From the NCBI GenBank assembly GCA_903900335.1, contig CAIUMP010000044.1, forward strand, positions 98,686 to 162,685: DNA of 64,000 nucleotides. Direction: 5' to 3'. The DNA comes from an uncultured Ignavibacteriota bacterium (GTDB taxonomy: Bacteria; Bacteroidota; Ignavibacteria; Palsa-1295). The notes under the pieces are model-generated. The model saw only the letters and a program-made list of their open reading frames with translations. It ran no database searches and was not told the origin of the DNA. How positions within the stretch are numbered: the first letter of the stretch is position 1; each line of letters begins with the position of its first letter. Shown one piece after another: positions 19,741-29,111 of this stretch. A program made the translations under genes and the position numbers.

Positions 19741-20691
19741 ATGGCCGATAAGAAGATAATCGTGGTTTTTGGAGCTACTGGAGCTCAAGGCGGAGGGCTG
19801 GTGCGAGCTATTTTGAATGATAAGGAGAGTGAGTTCGCCGTACGCGCTGTAACGCGCGAGCCGAACTCGGACAAAGCAAAGGCGCTCGCCTCGATGGGTG
19901 CCGAGATCATCACTGCAGATATTGATGACGTCGATAGCATAAAGCGCGCGCTGCAGGGCGCCTACGGCGCATACGTCGTGACATTTTTCTGGTCCCATTT
20001 TTCGCCCGAGAGGGAAATGGCGGAAGTGGCGAACATGGCCGAAGCTGCGAAGGCTACTGGGCTGAAGCACGCAATCTGGTCAACGTTGGAGGATGTTCGT
20101 AAGACGGTGCCGTTGACAGACAGCTCGATTCCGACTATTGGAGACAAGTGGAAAGTCCCGCACTTCGATGGCAAGGGCGCATCGGATCGTTACTTTGAGG
20201 ACGCTGGAGTGCCCGTAACCTATTTACTCGCATCATACTACTGGGACAATCTCATCTACTTCGGGATGGGACCAAAGCGCGGTCCAGATGGCAAACTCGC
20301 CATCACATTCCCTATGGGAAAGAAGAAAATGGCAGGTATCGGCGCAGAAGATATCGGAAAGTGTGCGTACGGAATCTTCAAGAAGGGCACGTCAATGGTC
20401 GGGAAGCGCGTGGGTATTGCCGGTGATCAGCTCACGCTTTCCGAAATGGCGACTGCGATGGGTAAGGCACTCGGAGAAGAAGTGGGCTACAACGAGATCA
20501 CACCAGATATCTATCGGAGCTTTGGATTCCCCGGGGCAGATGATCTGGCTAACATGTTCCAATTCTATCGCGACTACGACGAACTGTGCAACAACACTCG
20601 CGACGTGAAGTTCTCACGTGAGTTGAATCCGGAATTGCAGTCCTTCGAGATGTGGCTTGGTGACAATGCCAAGCGTATACCGCTTCAGTAG
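19741..20691 (+). CDS. NmrA-family NAD(P)-binding protein
   Basis: KIIVVFGATGAQGGGLV Rossmann N-terminus and NmrA-like length. Confidence 0.65.
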   Translation: MADKKIIVVFGATGAQGGGLVRAILNDKESEFAVRAVTREPNSDKAKALASMGAEIITADIDDVDSIKRALQGAYGAYVVTFFWSHFSPEREMAEVANMAEAAKATGLKHAIWSTLEDVRKTVPLTDSSIPTIGDKWKVPHFDGKGASDRYFEDAGVPVTYLLASYYWDNLIYFGMGPKRGPDGKLAITFPMGKKKMAGIGAEDIGKCAYGIFKKGTSMVGKRVGIAGDQLTLSEMATAMGKALGEEVGYNEITPDIYRSFGFPGADDLANMFQFYRDYDELCNNTRDVKFSRELNPELQSFEMWLGDNAKRIPLQ

Positions 20692-20778
20692 ACCCTGTAA
20701 GGGTTTCAATTTGAATGCCGCAAGCTCAAGATTGAGTTTGCGGCGTTCTGATTCTTGCAGGTTGAATTCGTCCTGACA

Positions 20779-21219
20779 TCATTTCGAAGTCCCTTCTGCT
20801 CTCATTTTCAAATGCAGATTCATCGCCTCGAACCCAGCCCGAGTCTGCTTTCCGATGAGCGCGAGCACCAGTGCCACAAGCGCTCCCGTGAAACGCTCTC
20901 GATGAATGAACCGAGTAGCACCGCTTCCATCTGGTTCCAGTTCGAAGATGTGCTCTCCATCGAAGAGTCCTTTTACGCCTAACGATCCCCGCCATCGAAC
21001 TATGCGAAGCTCTGCTCGCTCCAGGCAGGTGGGCCGAACGATCATTGGTCGGCTGTTGGGGGCCTGAATAGTTACGGCGAGTCTTGCACCTGCTTCGAAC
21101 GCACCTTCGATCCGGATCAAGAATGGATTCCAGTCCGGATAAAACCCGGTATCGGTGAGGATGCGCCAAACCGCTTCGGGGGAAGCGTTGATCATGATTT
21201 CCGTTCTAATTTCTCGCAT
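20779..21219 (-). CDS. SRPBCC-superfamily protein
   Basis: INASPEAVWRILTDTGFYPDWNP, a typical SRPBCC/polyketide-cyclase-like N-terminus. Confidence 0.55.
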   Translation of the reverse strand: MREIRTEIMINASPEAVWRILTDTGFYPDWNPFLIRIEGAFEAGARLAVTIQAPNSRPMIVRPTCLERAELRIVRWRGSLGVKGLFDGEHIFELEPDGSGATRFIHRERFTGALVALVLALIGKQTRAGFEAMNLHLKMRAEGTSK

Positions 21220-21393
21220 ATGTTTTGAAGACGATTAGGAGCCCAGGAAATTGCCACACTAAACCTTAACGAAGGGAAATACTCGACCTTGCCACGCACC
21301 GGCAAGACCCTCGAAGCTGGCTACTATCACACGGCCGCGCGGTGACATATTTCACCCGTTGCTCGTTACCTCGGAATCATCCATTTCCACTCC

Positions 21394-22356
21394 ATGAAAA
21401 GCGCGATACATGTCACGGGCCTTACCAAAACCTTCGGGGAAACAAAAGCGCTTCGCGGTGTAGATCTCTCGATCTCTACCGGGGAGATGTTTGGTATCGT
21501 GGGCCCGGATGGTGCTGGGAAGACAACGCTTATTCGCATCCTGTGTGGCATCATCAAGCCCGACGCCGGCGCGGCAACAATTCTCGGTCTCGATCTCGCA
21601 ACGGAGAAGGAGAAGATCAAGCCACGCATTGGCTATCTTTCACAGCGATTCAGCCTGTATCCTGATCTTTCGATCGACGAGAATATCGAGTTCTTTGCTG
21701 AGATACATGAAGTTGAGGGCTACAAAGCGCGGCGAGACGAGCTTCTTGAATTTACTCGACTAACACCTTTTAGGACGAGACTTGCGGACAAGCTCTCCGG
21801 CGGGATGAAGCAAAAGCTGGCGCTTGCTTGTACACTCATTCACAAGCCCGAAATCATATTCCTGGACGAACCCACAACCGGTGTCGATCCGGTTTCCCGC
21901 CGAGATTTTTGGAAGATCCTCTCGTCGCTTCTAAAAGAAGGGATCACTATCGTGATGACCACCCCCTATCTCGACGAAGCCGAACGATGCTCCCGCGTAG
22001 CCTTGATGGAACACGGCGCGCTCCTCGTGGTCGATGAGCCTCGAAACCTGAAAATGCAGATGAGTGGGACGGTGATCGAGGTCATTCCAACCGATTTGCA
22101 GGCAATGTACGCTGCTCTTCAACAGGAGCCGTGGGTGCTTGATGTGCAGGCTTTCGGCGACCGGCTAAATGTAATTGTCGGAACTGAGAGTGCCGCCGGC
22201 GGAAGAACTGGTACTGCCCGTGGCGTTGATACAGAGCTTCGGCGATTGGGGCTTGGGGTGAAGAATTTACGAATTGTCCAGCCTTCTCTTGAGAACGTCT
22301 TTATTTCCTTGTTGAAGCGGGAAAATGCTGAAATCACGGAAGCGGTGTCCCGCTGA
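21394..22356 (+). CDS. ABC transporter ATP-binding protein (ABC-2/GldA-like, no adjacent permease)
   Basis: Walker A GPDGAGKTT, signature LSGGMKQKLALA, Walker B IIFLDEPTTGVD, plus about 100-aa C-terminal extension. Confidence 0.85.
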   Translation: MKSAIHVTGLTKTFGETKALRGVDLSISTGEMFGIVGPDGAGKTTLIRILCGIIKPDAGAATILGLDLATEKEKIKPRIGYLSQRFSLYPDLSIDENIEFFAEIHEVEGYKARRDELLEFTRLTPFRTRLADKLSGGMKQKLALACTLIHKPEIIFLDEPTTGVDPVSRRDFWKILSSLLKEGITIVMTTPYLDEAERCSRVALMEHGALLVVDEPRNLKMQMSGTVIEVIPTDLQAMYAALQQEPWVLDVQAFGDRLNVIVGTESAAGGRTGTARGVDTELRRLGLGVKNLRIVQPSLENVFISLLKRENAEITEAVSR

Positions 22357-22470
22357 ACGGAATGGGGTGAACGGGGTTTATGTTCATCAAACAAGAAGCG
22401 GATTTTTAATCCGCCTTTACCTTGTGTTTTTAGCAATTTGTAATTACACCACCGGTACGTTCGAGAGACT

Positions 22471-22968
22471 ATGGCTTCTGAAATGAAACTCTCCATCACC
22501 CTGATCGATGACGATGTGGCACTCTGTGAGATGCAGAAGGACTCGTTGCTGAGAAAATTCCCCGATGCACAGATCGCGATGTACCACACCGGCGAGGATG
22601 CCCTGGCACGTATCGTGGATCAGCCGGACATCGTCGTGCTCGATTATCAGCTGGATTCCGTCCGTGCGGACGCGATGAACGGTATCCAGATCCTCAGCAA
22701 GTTGAAGGAGAAGTTTCCCGAGTTGCCGGTAATCTTCATGAGCAGTCAGGACCGCATGGAGGTGGCTTCAAACACCATCAAGTATGGTGCGTATGACTAC
22801 ATCGTCAAGAACGAAACGGCATTCCACAAGTTGCAACTCGCCGTTACGCAGCTCGCCGCGCTGCATGAGATCAAGAAGTCGCATGGCTTCCAGAAGTCCC
22901 TCAACCTATTCTTCTGGGCACTTGTGTTCGCACTGATCGGATACGTGATCTACCTGCGCGTGCATTAG
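22471..22968 (+). CDS. Receiver-domain response regulator with C-terminal transmembrane anchor
   Basis: CheY-like receiver (ITLIDDD...DIVVLDYQLD). Ends in hydrophobic helix LNLFFWALVFALIGYVIYL. Confidence 0.6.
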   Translation: MASEMKLSITLIDDDVALCEMQKDSLLRKFPDAQIAMYHTGEDALARIVDQPDIVVLDYQLDSVRADAMNGIQILSKLKEKFPELPVIFMSSQDRMEVASNTIKYGAYDYIVKNETAFHKLQLAVTQLAALHEIKKSHGFQKSLNLFFWALVFALIGYVIYLRVH

Positions 22969-22992
22969 CGCAGGCCCTACGAGGGCCTGCTG

Positions 22993-25900
22993 ATGCGATT
23001 GCCAAAACACCTAATGAGCGATGAACGGGAACGTGTGCGTGTGTATATTATGATGAAACGAGTAGTTTGTCTTTGCCTTGTCTTTCTGCTTCAGCAATGG
23101 TCGTTCTCTCGCTCCGCTCACGCACAGGATCAGCACCTGTTCGATAGTCTTCATGCAGCCTTCGCGTTTGCAACCCAGGACACCACCCGCAGTGACATTC
23201 TCGGCAAGCTCGCTGGTGCGTTAGAGGACATCGATACGGCGACCGCGATGAGCTACGCGACGCAGTCGATGCATTTCGCCGAAGCTGCGCACGACAGTCG
23301 CCGCATTGCACGATTCGACTTGTTCCTTGCACATCGTTACTCGAACGCGGGCCTTTATGATAGCGCTCGCTCACGTTTACTCGATGCGCTGAAGCATGCC
23401 GAAGAGCTGAACGACTCCACTATCATGGCGACGGTCTTCAGTCAATTGGGTCGGAATGACATGGAGGTTGGGAAGTATCAGGAAGCCCTCAACTACTTCC
23501 TAAAGGATCTTGACTTTGCATTGCATCGTCGAGACGCCGCAGCGATCGGAAATGCCTACAACGATCTCGGCTGCATCTACTTGTATCAGTTCATGCCGAC
23601 AAATGCATTACGCTATCTCCGGCTTGCATTGCAATACGCAGAGCGCACGAAAGACACGCGCTTGGCCGCCCACATTTACAACAATATCGGGCTTAGCTTC
23701 AACGATACGATCGGCGTCATTCTGCATTACAAAGAGAATCTAGACAGTTCTCTGCTCTATTTCCGCAAGGCGGTTGCACTGTATTCTGAGACAGACGAGC
23801 ATTACACTCGTGCCCGCGTACTCGGAAATATGGGCGATATTTTCGAAAGGCAACACCTGCTGGACAGTGCCCTCTCGTATGATCGGCAGGCGATCTACAT
23901 GCACGAGAGTGTTGGGATCGCATCTACCTACATGGCAGCAGCGTATGCACAGCTGGGCAACCTATTCCTACGAATTCGCCATACCGATAGCGCATTCCAC
24001 TACTTGCTATTGGCCCGTGACATTGACCAACGGATCGGAGCGCGTCGGGGGTTATACTACCATTATATTGATCTTTCGAGAGCCTACGCTCAATCGGGCG
24101 ACTATAAGCAGGCATACGAGTACCTCGGGCTCGGTGCATCGCTGCACGACTCTCTATACAATGTAGATAAGAGCCGTGTGTTCTCCGAGATGGAGACAAA
24201 GTACCAGACCAGCAAGAAGGAGAAGGAAATTGCCGCCCAGGATCAGGAGATCCGTCAGCAGCGAGTAGTAAACTACGCGGTGATGGGAATCGCCGGGGTG
24301 TTGTGTCTTGTCGCACTCATCATTTATCGTAATGATCGGCACAAGCAGCGGGTCAACCGTGAGCTTGCCAAGGCAAAGGAACGCGCGGAAGCTAGCGAGT
24401 TGCTCGAGAAGCAATTCCTCGCGAATATGAGTCACGAGATTCGAACGCCGATGAACGCCGTGCTGGGGATGACTACGCTCCTGCTCGAAACCACTCTGAC
24501 CACAAAGCAACGCGATTATCTGGAAGCAATTGCCGCTTCGGCCGATAACCTGCTCATCATTATTAACGACATTCTTGATCTCTCCAAACTTCAAGCTGGA
24601 AAAATGGAGTTGGAGCGTATCCCATTCCGATTACACGACGTAACTCGTCATGTCGTGGACATGATGCATTTCAAAGCGGAGGCCAAGCACCTCGATCTCA
24701 CAGAGGATTTTGACGAGTCCATGCCAGCTGTTGTTATCGGTGATCCCGCGAGACTCACTCAGATACTGGTGAATTTGGCAGGCAATGCGATCAAATTCAC
24801 CCCGAATGGCTCCGTGACGATCCACATATCAGCAACCGCGGTAGGCGCAGATCGTAAAATGAATGTCCGAATCGCCGTTCGCGACACTGGTATCGGTATT
24901 GCTGCCGAGAAGCTCTCCACCATTTTCGACTCCTTCTCACAGGCGGATGCCGAGACTTCGCGAAAGTACGGCGGTACCGGCCTGGGTCTCGCAATATCCA
25001 GAACGCTCGTTGAGCTGCAGGGCGGAAGCATCGGCGTGACCAGCGAACTCGGCAAAGGATCGGAATTCGCGTTCACAATACCTTACGAGGTTACCAGCGA
25101 GGAAGTGCTGACGGAGAGTGAAACACCACCTGTTACCGAGACCATCTCATTAGAGGGCCTCCGCGTCCTACTGGTGGAGGACAACGAGTATAATCAGATC
25201 GTCCTTGCGGACACGCTCCGCAATGTCATTCCTGACGTCGCGCTAGAGATCGCATCAAACGGCCGCGAAGCCATCGCGATCATTCACACGCTTCCATTCG
25301 ACATCGTCCTCATGGATGTTCAGATGCCGGAAATGGATGGAATCGAAGCAACGAAGTATATCCGGGCCCATTTGGGCCGCGGCAAACGGGATGTGCCTAT
25401 CATTGCGCTAACCGCGAGCGTGATTAAGTCCGAAATCGACCGCTGCTTCGAAGCGGGAATGAATGATTACGTTCCTAAGCCTTTCCGAAAGGATGAACTT
25501 TTGAGCGTCATCGCGAAATATTACAAGGGGCAGCCTGGGCGTGCTCCTGCAATCCCTGCGCATGCACCCGCACCTGCCGGTCCGACGGTAGTTCCGGAGG
25601 CGAAACCGGAGACTCCTAAGGCGAAGCCGGAGACTCCTAAGGCGAAACCCGTGAGCTCGGAGCCCGTACCAATTTCAGCTGCGCCGGCACCAAAGCCACC
25701 AGAACCGACCGAAACTACTTCAGCTATGCCACAACCGGAGAAGCCATCCAGTCCTGTCGCCGATCTTACTGCACTCTCAGACATCACTGGTGGTGATGCG
25801 CAGCAGTTAAAGAAGTACATTAAGATGTTCTTGGATGGCGTTCCAGGGCAACTCGAGACGGTCGCGGTCGCGCTTGAGGCTAACGATTACGATAGTGCTC

Positions 25901-26085
25901 GAAGAAGGATGCATGCAATGAAACCGCATCTGAAATTTATGGGTATGAAGGTCGCTGCCGGATTTGCCGACTCGATCGAGCAACTCTGCGCTGAGCAACG
26001 CGAACCGGAACGCATCAATCATGAATTTGCGCAGGTCAAGCAACAGTGTGAGTGGGCGTTCGAGGAATTGAAGGCGAAGCTGTAG
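22993..26085 (+). CDS. Hybrid sensor histidine kinase/response regulator with TPR sensor region, Pro/Lys-rich linker and C-terminal Hpt domain
   Basis: TPR-like N-terminus. TM helix (VMGIAGVLCLVALIIY). H-box SHEIRTPMNAVLGM. HATPase (DTGIGI...GGTGLGLAIS). Receiver (VLLVEDNEYNQ...DIVLMDVQMPEMDG). Hpt (HAMKPHLKFMGM). Probable start at 23050 (MMKRVV). Confidence 0.85.
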   Translation: MRLPKHLMSDERERVRVYIMMKRVVCLCLVFLLQQWSFSRSAHAQDQHLFDSLHAAFAFATQDTTRSDILGKLAGALEDIDTATAMSYATQSMHFAEAAHDSRRIARFDLFLAHRYSNAGLYDSARSRLLDALKHAEELNDSTIMATVFSQLGRNDMEVGKYQEALNYFLKDLDFALHRRDAAAIGNAYNDLGCIYLYQFMPTNALRYLRLALQYAERTKDTRLAAHIYNNIGLSFNDTIGVILHYKENLDSSLLYFRKAVALYSETDEHYTRARVLGNMGDIFERQHLLDSALSYDRQAIYMHESVGIASTYMAAAYAQLGNLFLRIRHTDSAFHYLLLARDIDQRIGARRGLYYHYIDLSRAYAQSGDYKQAYEYLGLGASLHDSLYNVDKSRVFSEMETKYQTSKKEKEIAAQDQEIRQQRVVNYAVMGIAGVLCLVALIIYRNDRHKQRVNRELAKAKERAEASELLEKQFLANMSHEIRTPMNAVLGMTTLLLETTLTTKQRDYLEAIAASADNLLIIINDILDLSKLQAGKMELERIPFRLHDVTRHVVDMMHFKAEAKHLDLTEDFDESMPAVVIGDPARLTQILVNLAGNAIKFTPNGSVTIHISATAVGADRKMNVRIAVRDTGIGIAAEKLSTIFDSFSQADAETSRKYGGTGLGLAISRTLVELQGGSIGVTSELGKGSEFAFTIPYEVTSEEVLTESETPPVTETISLEGLRVLLVEDNEYNQIVLADTLRNVIPDVALEIASNGREAIAIIHTLPFDIVLMDVQMPEMDGIEATKYIRAHLGRGKRDVPIIALTASVIKSEIDRCFEAGMNDYVPKPFRKDELLSVIAKYYKGQPGRAPAIPAHAPAPAGPTVVPEAKPETPKAKPETPKAKPVSSEPVPISAAPAPKPPEPTETTSAMPQPEKPSSPVADLTALSDITGGDAQQLKKYIKMFLDGVPGQLETVAVALEANDYDSARRRMHAMKPHLKFMGMKVAAGFADSIEQLCAEQREPERINHEFAQVKQQCEWAFEELKAKL
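25600..25641 (+). repeat. Tandem 21-bp coding repeat (gcgaa[ag]ccggagactcctaag x2) encoding (AKPETPK)x2 in the kinase linker
   Basis: Two adjacent near-identical 21-mers in the sequence. Confidence 0.8.
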
Positions 26086-26221
26086 TAGCCAAGTGCGGTG
26101 CTGGGGAATCGGATTGCTGTAGTCTGATCCGCCGACGAACAGTGATGAATTCTTACTGCTTATTCAGGCCGACAACCTCCGGGACAAACCCACTCCCTAA
26201 TACGTTTCGGTCATCCAACAG

Positions 26222-28114
26222 ATGCCGAATATCGCCGTATCCCCCGACACCCAACCCCACGAAGGCCGCTTCAGCGCGCGCCTTCGTGACGCCGTATCGC
26301 GCCCAATCCTGACGGACGGCTCCATGTCCGCCACGCTCCATGCGGCGGGACTGACCGAGCAGCCCATCGAGCGCTACAATCTCACGCAGCCAATCGCCGT
26401 AGAGCATGTTCACCGCAGCTTCGCCGATGCCGGCGCGGAGTTGTTGATGACGAACACGGAGCACGCGAATCCGCTCACCCTTGCGCGACATTACTCGGCG
26501 GACAAAACCTACGAGATCAATCGCAAAGGCGTGTGGCTTGCACGAACTGTTGCGAACGATAACGGACTTCTCGTCGCTGCTGCGGTCGGTCCCATAGGCA
26601 AATTCCTCGCACCAATCGGCTCGCTGAAGCATGTGGATGTCCGCCGAGCATTCAACGAACAGATCCTCGCTCTCCTTGATGGCGGACCGGACTGCATCAT
26701 CCTTAAGAGCTTTATTGATCTCACCGAATTGGAGATCGCAATCGAAGAAGCACAGCGCATAGCTCCCAATCTTCCACTCATCGCACAGAAGACCTTTCCC
26801 GAGGATGGTGCTCTGCTCGCAACAGACTTCGCGCGCAAAGTTGCAGAGCGATTAAAGTCCTTCGGCTTGGCCGCCATTGGGACCAATGGCACCGTCGGTC
26901 CGAACCGGATGCTCTCGATCATTCAAGCATTCGCAATTCCCGGAATCGCAATCACCGCACAGCCGGATATTGGTATCCCGACGCTCGTTGATGGACGACC
27001 AACCTATCATGCAACGCCGGAATATCTCGGGCAGAGCACGAAGCGCCTTGTCGAGGCAGGTGTGTCGATCATCGGTGCGTATGGCGGTGCAACGCCGGAG
27101 CACATCCGCGCGATTCGTGATGCTATTGCGGGTGTGAGTGCTGGTGAGATCAAGGTGCAAGAGATTACCGTCAAAGCTGAGGTGAAGAGCGGTCACGCGA
27201 GCGCAGAGAAGTATTCGCAATTCAAGCAGAACCTCGGCAAGAAATTCTTATCTACCGTCGAACTTGATGTCCCGCGCGGACTCGATATGTCCAGCGTGCT
27301 AGAAGGCGCATCCTATCTCGCGAAGGCTGGTATTGACGCCGTGAATATCTCTGATGGTGCCCGTGCGCGTCTGCGCATGAGTCCGATAACGATCAGCCAT
27401 CTCGTGCAAACGACGTGCGGCATTGAAGCCATAAGTCACTTCGCCTGTCGCGATAGGAATATGGTCGGGCTGCAATCCGAGTTGCTGGGCGCGGAAGCAC
27501 TTGGCGTTCGCAATATCCTCTGCGTCACTGGCGACCCTGCGCAGATCGGCGATTACCCGTATGCCACAAGCGTCTATGATATCGATGCTATCGGTCTCAT
27601 CCGTGCCGTCAAGTCCATGAACGAAGGCTGCGATTTGATGGGCAACCCAATCTCCGGCGGCACTCTCAATTGCACGCACTTCATGATCGCCTGCGGATCG
27701 AATCCTGTTGCGGAAGATATGGAGCGCGAACTCAGTCGCATGGAGCGCAAGATCGGTGAAGGCTGCGAGGTTATCTTCACGCAACCTCTCTTCGAGATCG
27801 AATCGCTCGCCAAGTTTGTCGATGCTATACGTCCGTTTCGCGGATCATCGCGCATCATGCTTGGCATCCTGCCGCTTCGAAGCAAGCGCCACGCGGAATT
27901 CTTGCATTATGAAGTGCCGGGCATGTCCATCCCCGATTGGATTCACGCGCGCATTAGCAGGAAGACGAGCATTGAAGAGCAGAGCAAGGAAGGTATCGCC
28001 ATCTGTGTGGAGTTCTTGAAAGAAGCCAAGTCGCTTGTCGATGGCGTGTATCTGATGCCGCCGTTTAAGAAGTATGACATGGCGGTGGACATCCTTGAAA
28101 AGATAGGAGCATAA
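26222..28114 (+). CDS. Bifunctional homocysteine S-methyltransferase / 5,10-methylenetetrahydrofolate reductase
   Basis: N-terminal HMT/Pterin-independent methyltransferase region (ILTDGSMSATLHAAGL). C-terminal MTHFR region (...STVELDVPRGLDM...GVRNILCVTGD...). Single ORF with no internal stop. Confidence 0.7.
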   Translation: MPNIAVSPDTQPHEGRFSARLRDAVSRPILTDGSMSATLHAAGLTEQPIERYNLTQPIAVEHVHRSFADAGAELLMTNTEHANPLTLARHYSADKTYEINRKGVWLARTVANDNGLLVAAAVGPIGKFLAPIGSLKHVDVRRAFNEQILALLDGGPDCIILKSFIDLTELEIAIEEAQRIAPNLPLIAQKTFPEDGALLATDFARKVAERLKSFGLAAIGTNGTVGPNRMLSIIQAFAIPGIAITAQPDIGIPTLVDGRPTYHATPEYLGQSTKRLVEAGVSIIGAYGGATPEHIRAIRDAIAGVSAGEIKVQEITVKAEVKSGHASAEKYSQFKQNLGKKFLSTVELDVPRGLDMSSVLEGASYLAKAGIDAVNISDGARARLRMSPITISHLVQTTCGIEAISHFACRDRNMVGLQSELLGAEALGVRNILCVTGDPAQIGDYPYATSVYDIDAIGLIRAVKSMNEGCDLMGNPISGGTLNCTHFMIACGSNPVAEDMERELSRMERKIGEGCEVIFTQPLFEIESLAKFVDAIRPFRGSSRIMLGILPLRSKRHAEFLHYEVPGMSIPDWIHARISRKTSIEEQSKEGIAICVEFLKEAKSLVDGVYLMPPFKKYDMAVDILEKIGA

Positions 28115-28124
28115 ATAGATCACG

Positions 28125-29066
28125 ATGGATGCTCCGCGAATAGGGATAGTGTTAGTTAACCTCAATAGTTATGAGGATACTGCCGTTTGCCTTCGCTCGT
28201 TAGCAACGATCTCGTATTCGAACTTTGAAGTCATCGTCGTCGATAACGGCTCGAGAGATAACTCCGGCGCTCGATTGCGCGAGGAATTTCCGGCAGTCAC
28301 ACATATCCGCGCGGAAGAGAACTTGGGCTTCACTGGCGGGAATAACATTGGCGTCACCCACGCGGTAGAGAACAAGTGCGATCATGTTCTCTTGCTGAAC
28401 AATGATACAATTGTTACTCCCGGCTTCTTAGAGCCGCTGGTTGCAAGGCTTGAATCGGATAAGAAGATCGCAGCCGTTAGTGGAAAGATTTACTACGCAC
28501 CTCAAGCACGCGGCGGGCAATCGGATGTATTGTGGTACGCCGGTTGTTTCCGCAAGTGGCACATGGGGTATCATCACTATGGCGTCGAGGAGAAGGACGC
28601 AGGCAAGTATGAAACGCCGCGGGAGATTCCGTATGCCTCCGGTTGCCTGATGCTCATGCGCGGTGATGTCATTCGACAGATCGGCGCACTCTCCTCCGAG
28701 TTCTTCATCTACTGGGAAGAAGCCGATTGGTGCCACCGTGCGCGCGATGCCGGGTACATCTGCATGTACGAACCGAAGAGCATCATCTATCATAATTTCA
28801 AAAGCGCCGCGCTCGGACACGAGACGCCGTTCCACATGTACATGCAGTATCGCAACGCGTTCATCTATGCGAAGAAGCATTATCATGGACTCGAAGCGTT
28901 GCAGTATTGGCTGTTCTATCCGATCTATATCGCGAACCGCATCTACCTCGATCTCCGCGCAAGGAACTTCCGCGCCGCGCGAGCAACGCTCTGGGGCGTG
29001 ATAGATTACTTCAAAGGCTATCGCGGAATGCAAGGCCTAAAAGAGCGCGGCTTCTTGAAGGGATGA
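28125..29066 (+). CDS. Family 2 glycosyltransferase
   Basis: IGIVLVNLNSYEDTAVCLRSL...FEVIVVDNGSRDNS GT-A signature. Confidence 0.8.
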   Translation: MDAPRIGIVLVNLNSYEDTAVCLRSLATISYSNFEVIVVDNGSRDNSGARLREEFPAVTHIRAEENLGFTGGNNIGVTHAVENKCDHVLLLNNDTIVTPGFLEPLVARLESDKKIAAVSGKIYYAPQARGGQSDVLWYAGCFRKWHMGYHHYGVEEKDAGKYETPREIPYASGCLMLMRGDVIRQIGALSSEFFIYWEEADWCHRARDAGYICMYEPKSIIYHNFKSAALGHETPFHMYMQYRNAFIYAKKHYHGLEALQYWLFYPIYIANRIYLDLRARNFRAARATLWGVIDYFKGYRGMQGLKERGFLKG

Positions 29067-29072
29067 CCCCCT

Positions 29073-29100
29073 TCATCATTCATAATTCATCATTCATAAT
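29073..29100 (+). repeat. Tandem 2 x 14-bp motif TCATCATTCATAAT immediately upstream of the epimerase start codon (copy 1)
   Basis: Exact tandem duplication followed by TTCCCC, 11 nt before the ATG at 29112. Same element found inverted at 47931..47958. Confidence 0.85.
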
Positions 29101-29111
29101 TTCCCCGTTCG

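Noticed and set aside
15144-22356. HlyD lipoprotein and the ABC ATPase at 21394 as one type I secretion/efflux system
   Set aside because: Separated by 5 kb and six unrelated genes, with no permease or outer-membrane factor between them.
25521-25820. 99-aa minus-strand ORF in the Pro/Lys-rich linker region
   Set aside because: Antisense of the hybrid kinase linker. Gly/Ala-rich as expected from the reverse complement of Pro/Ala codons.
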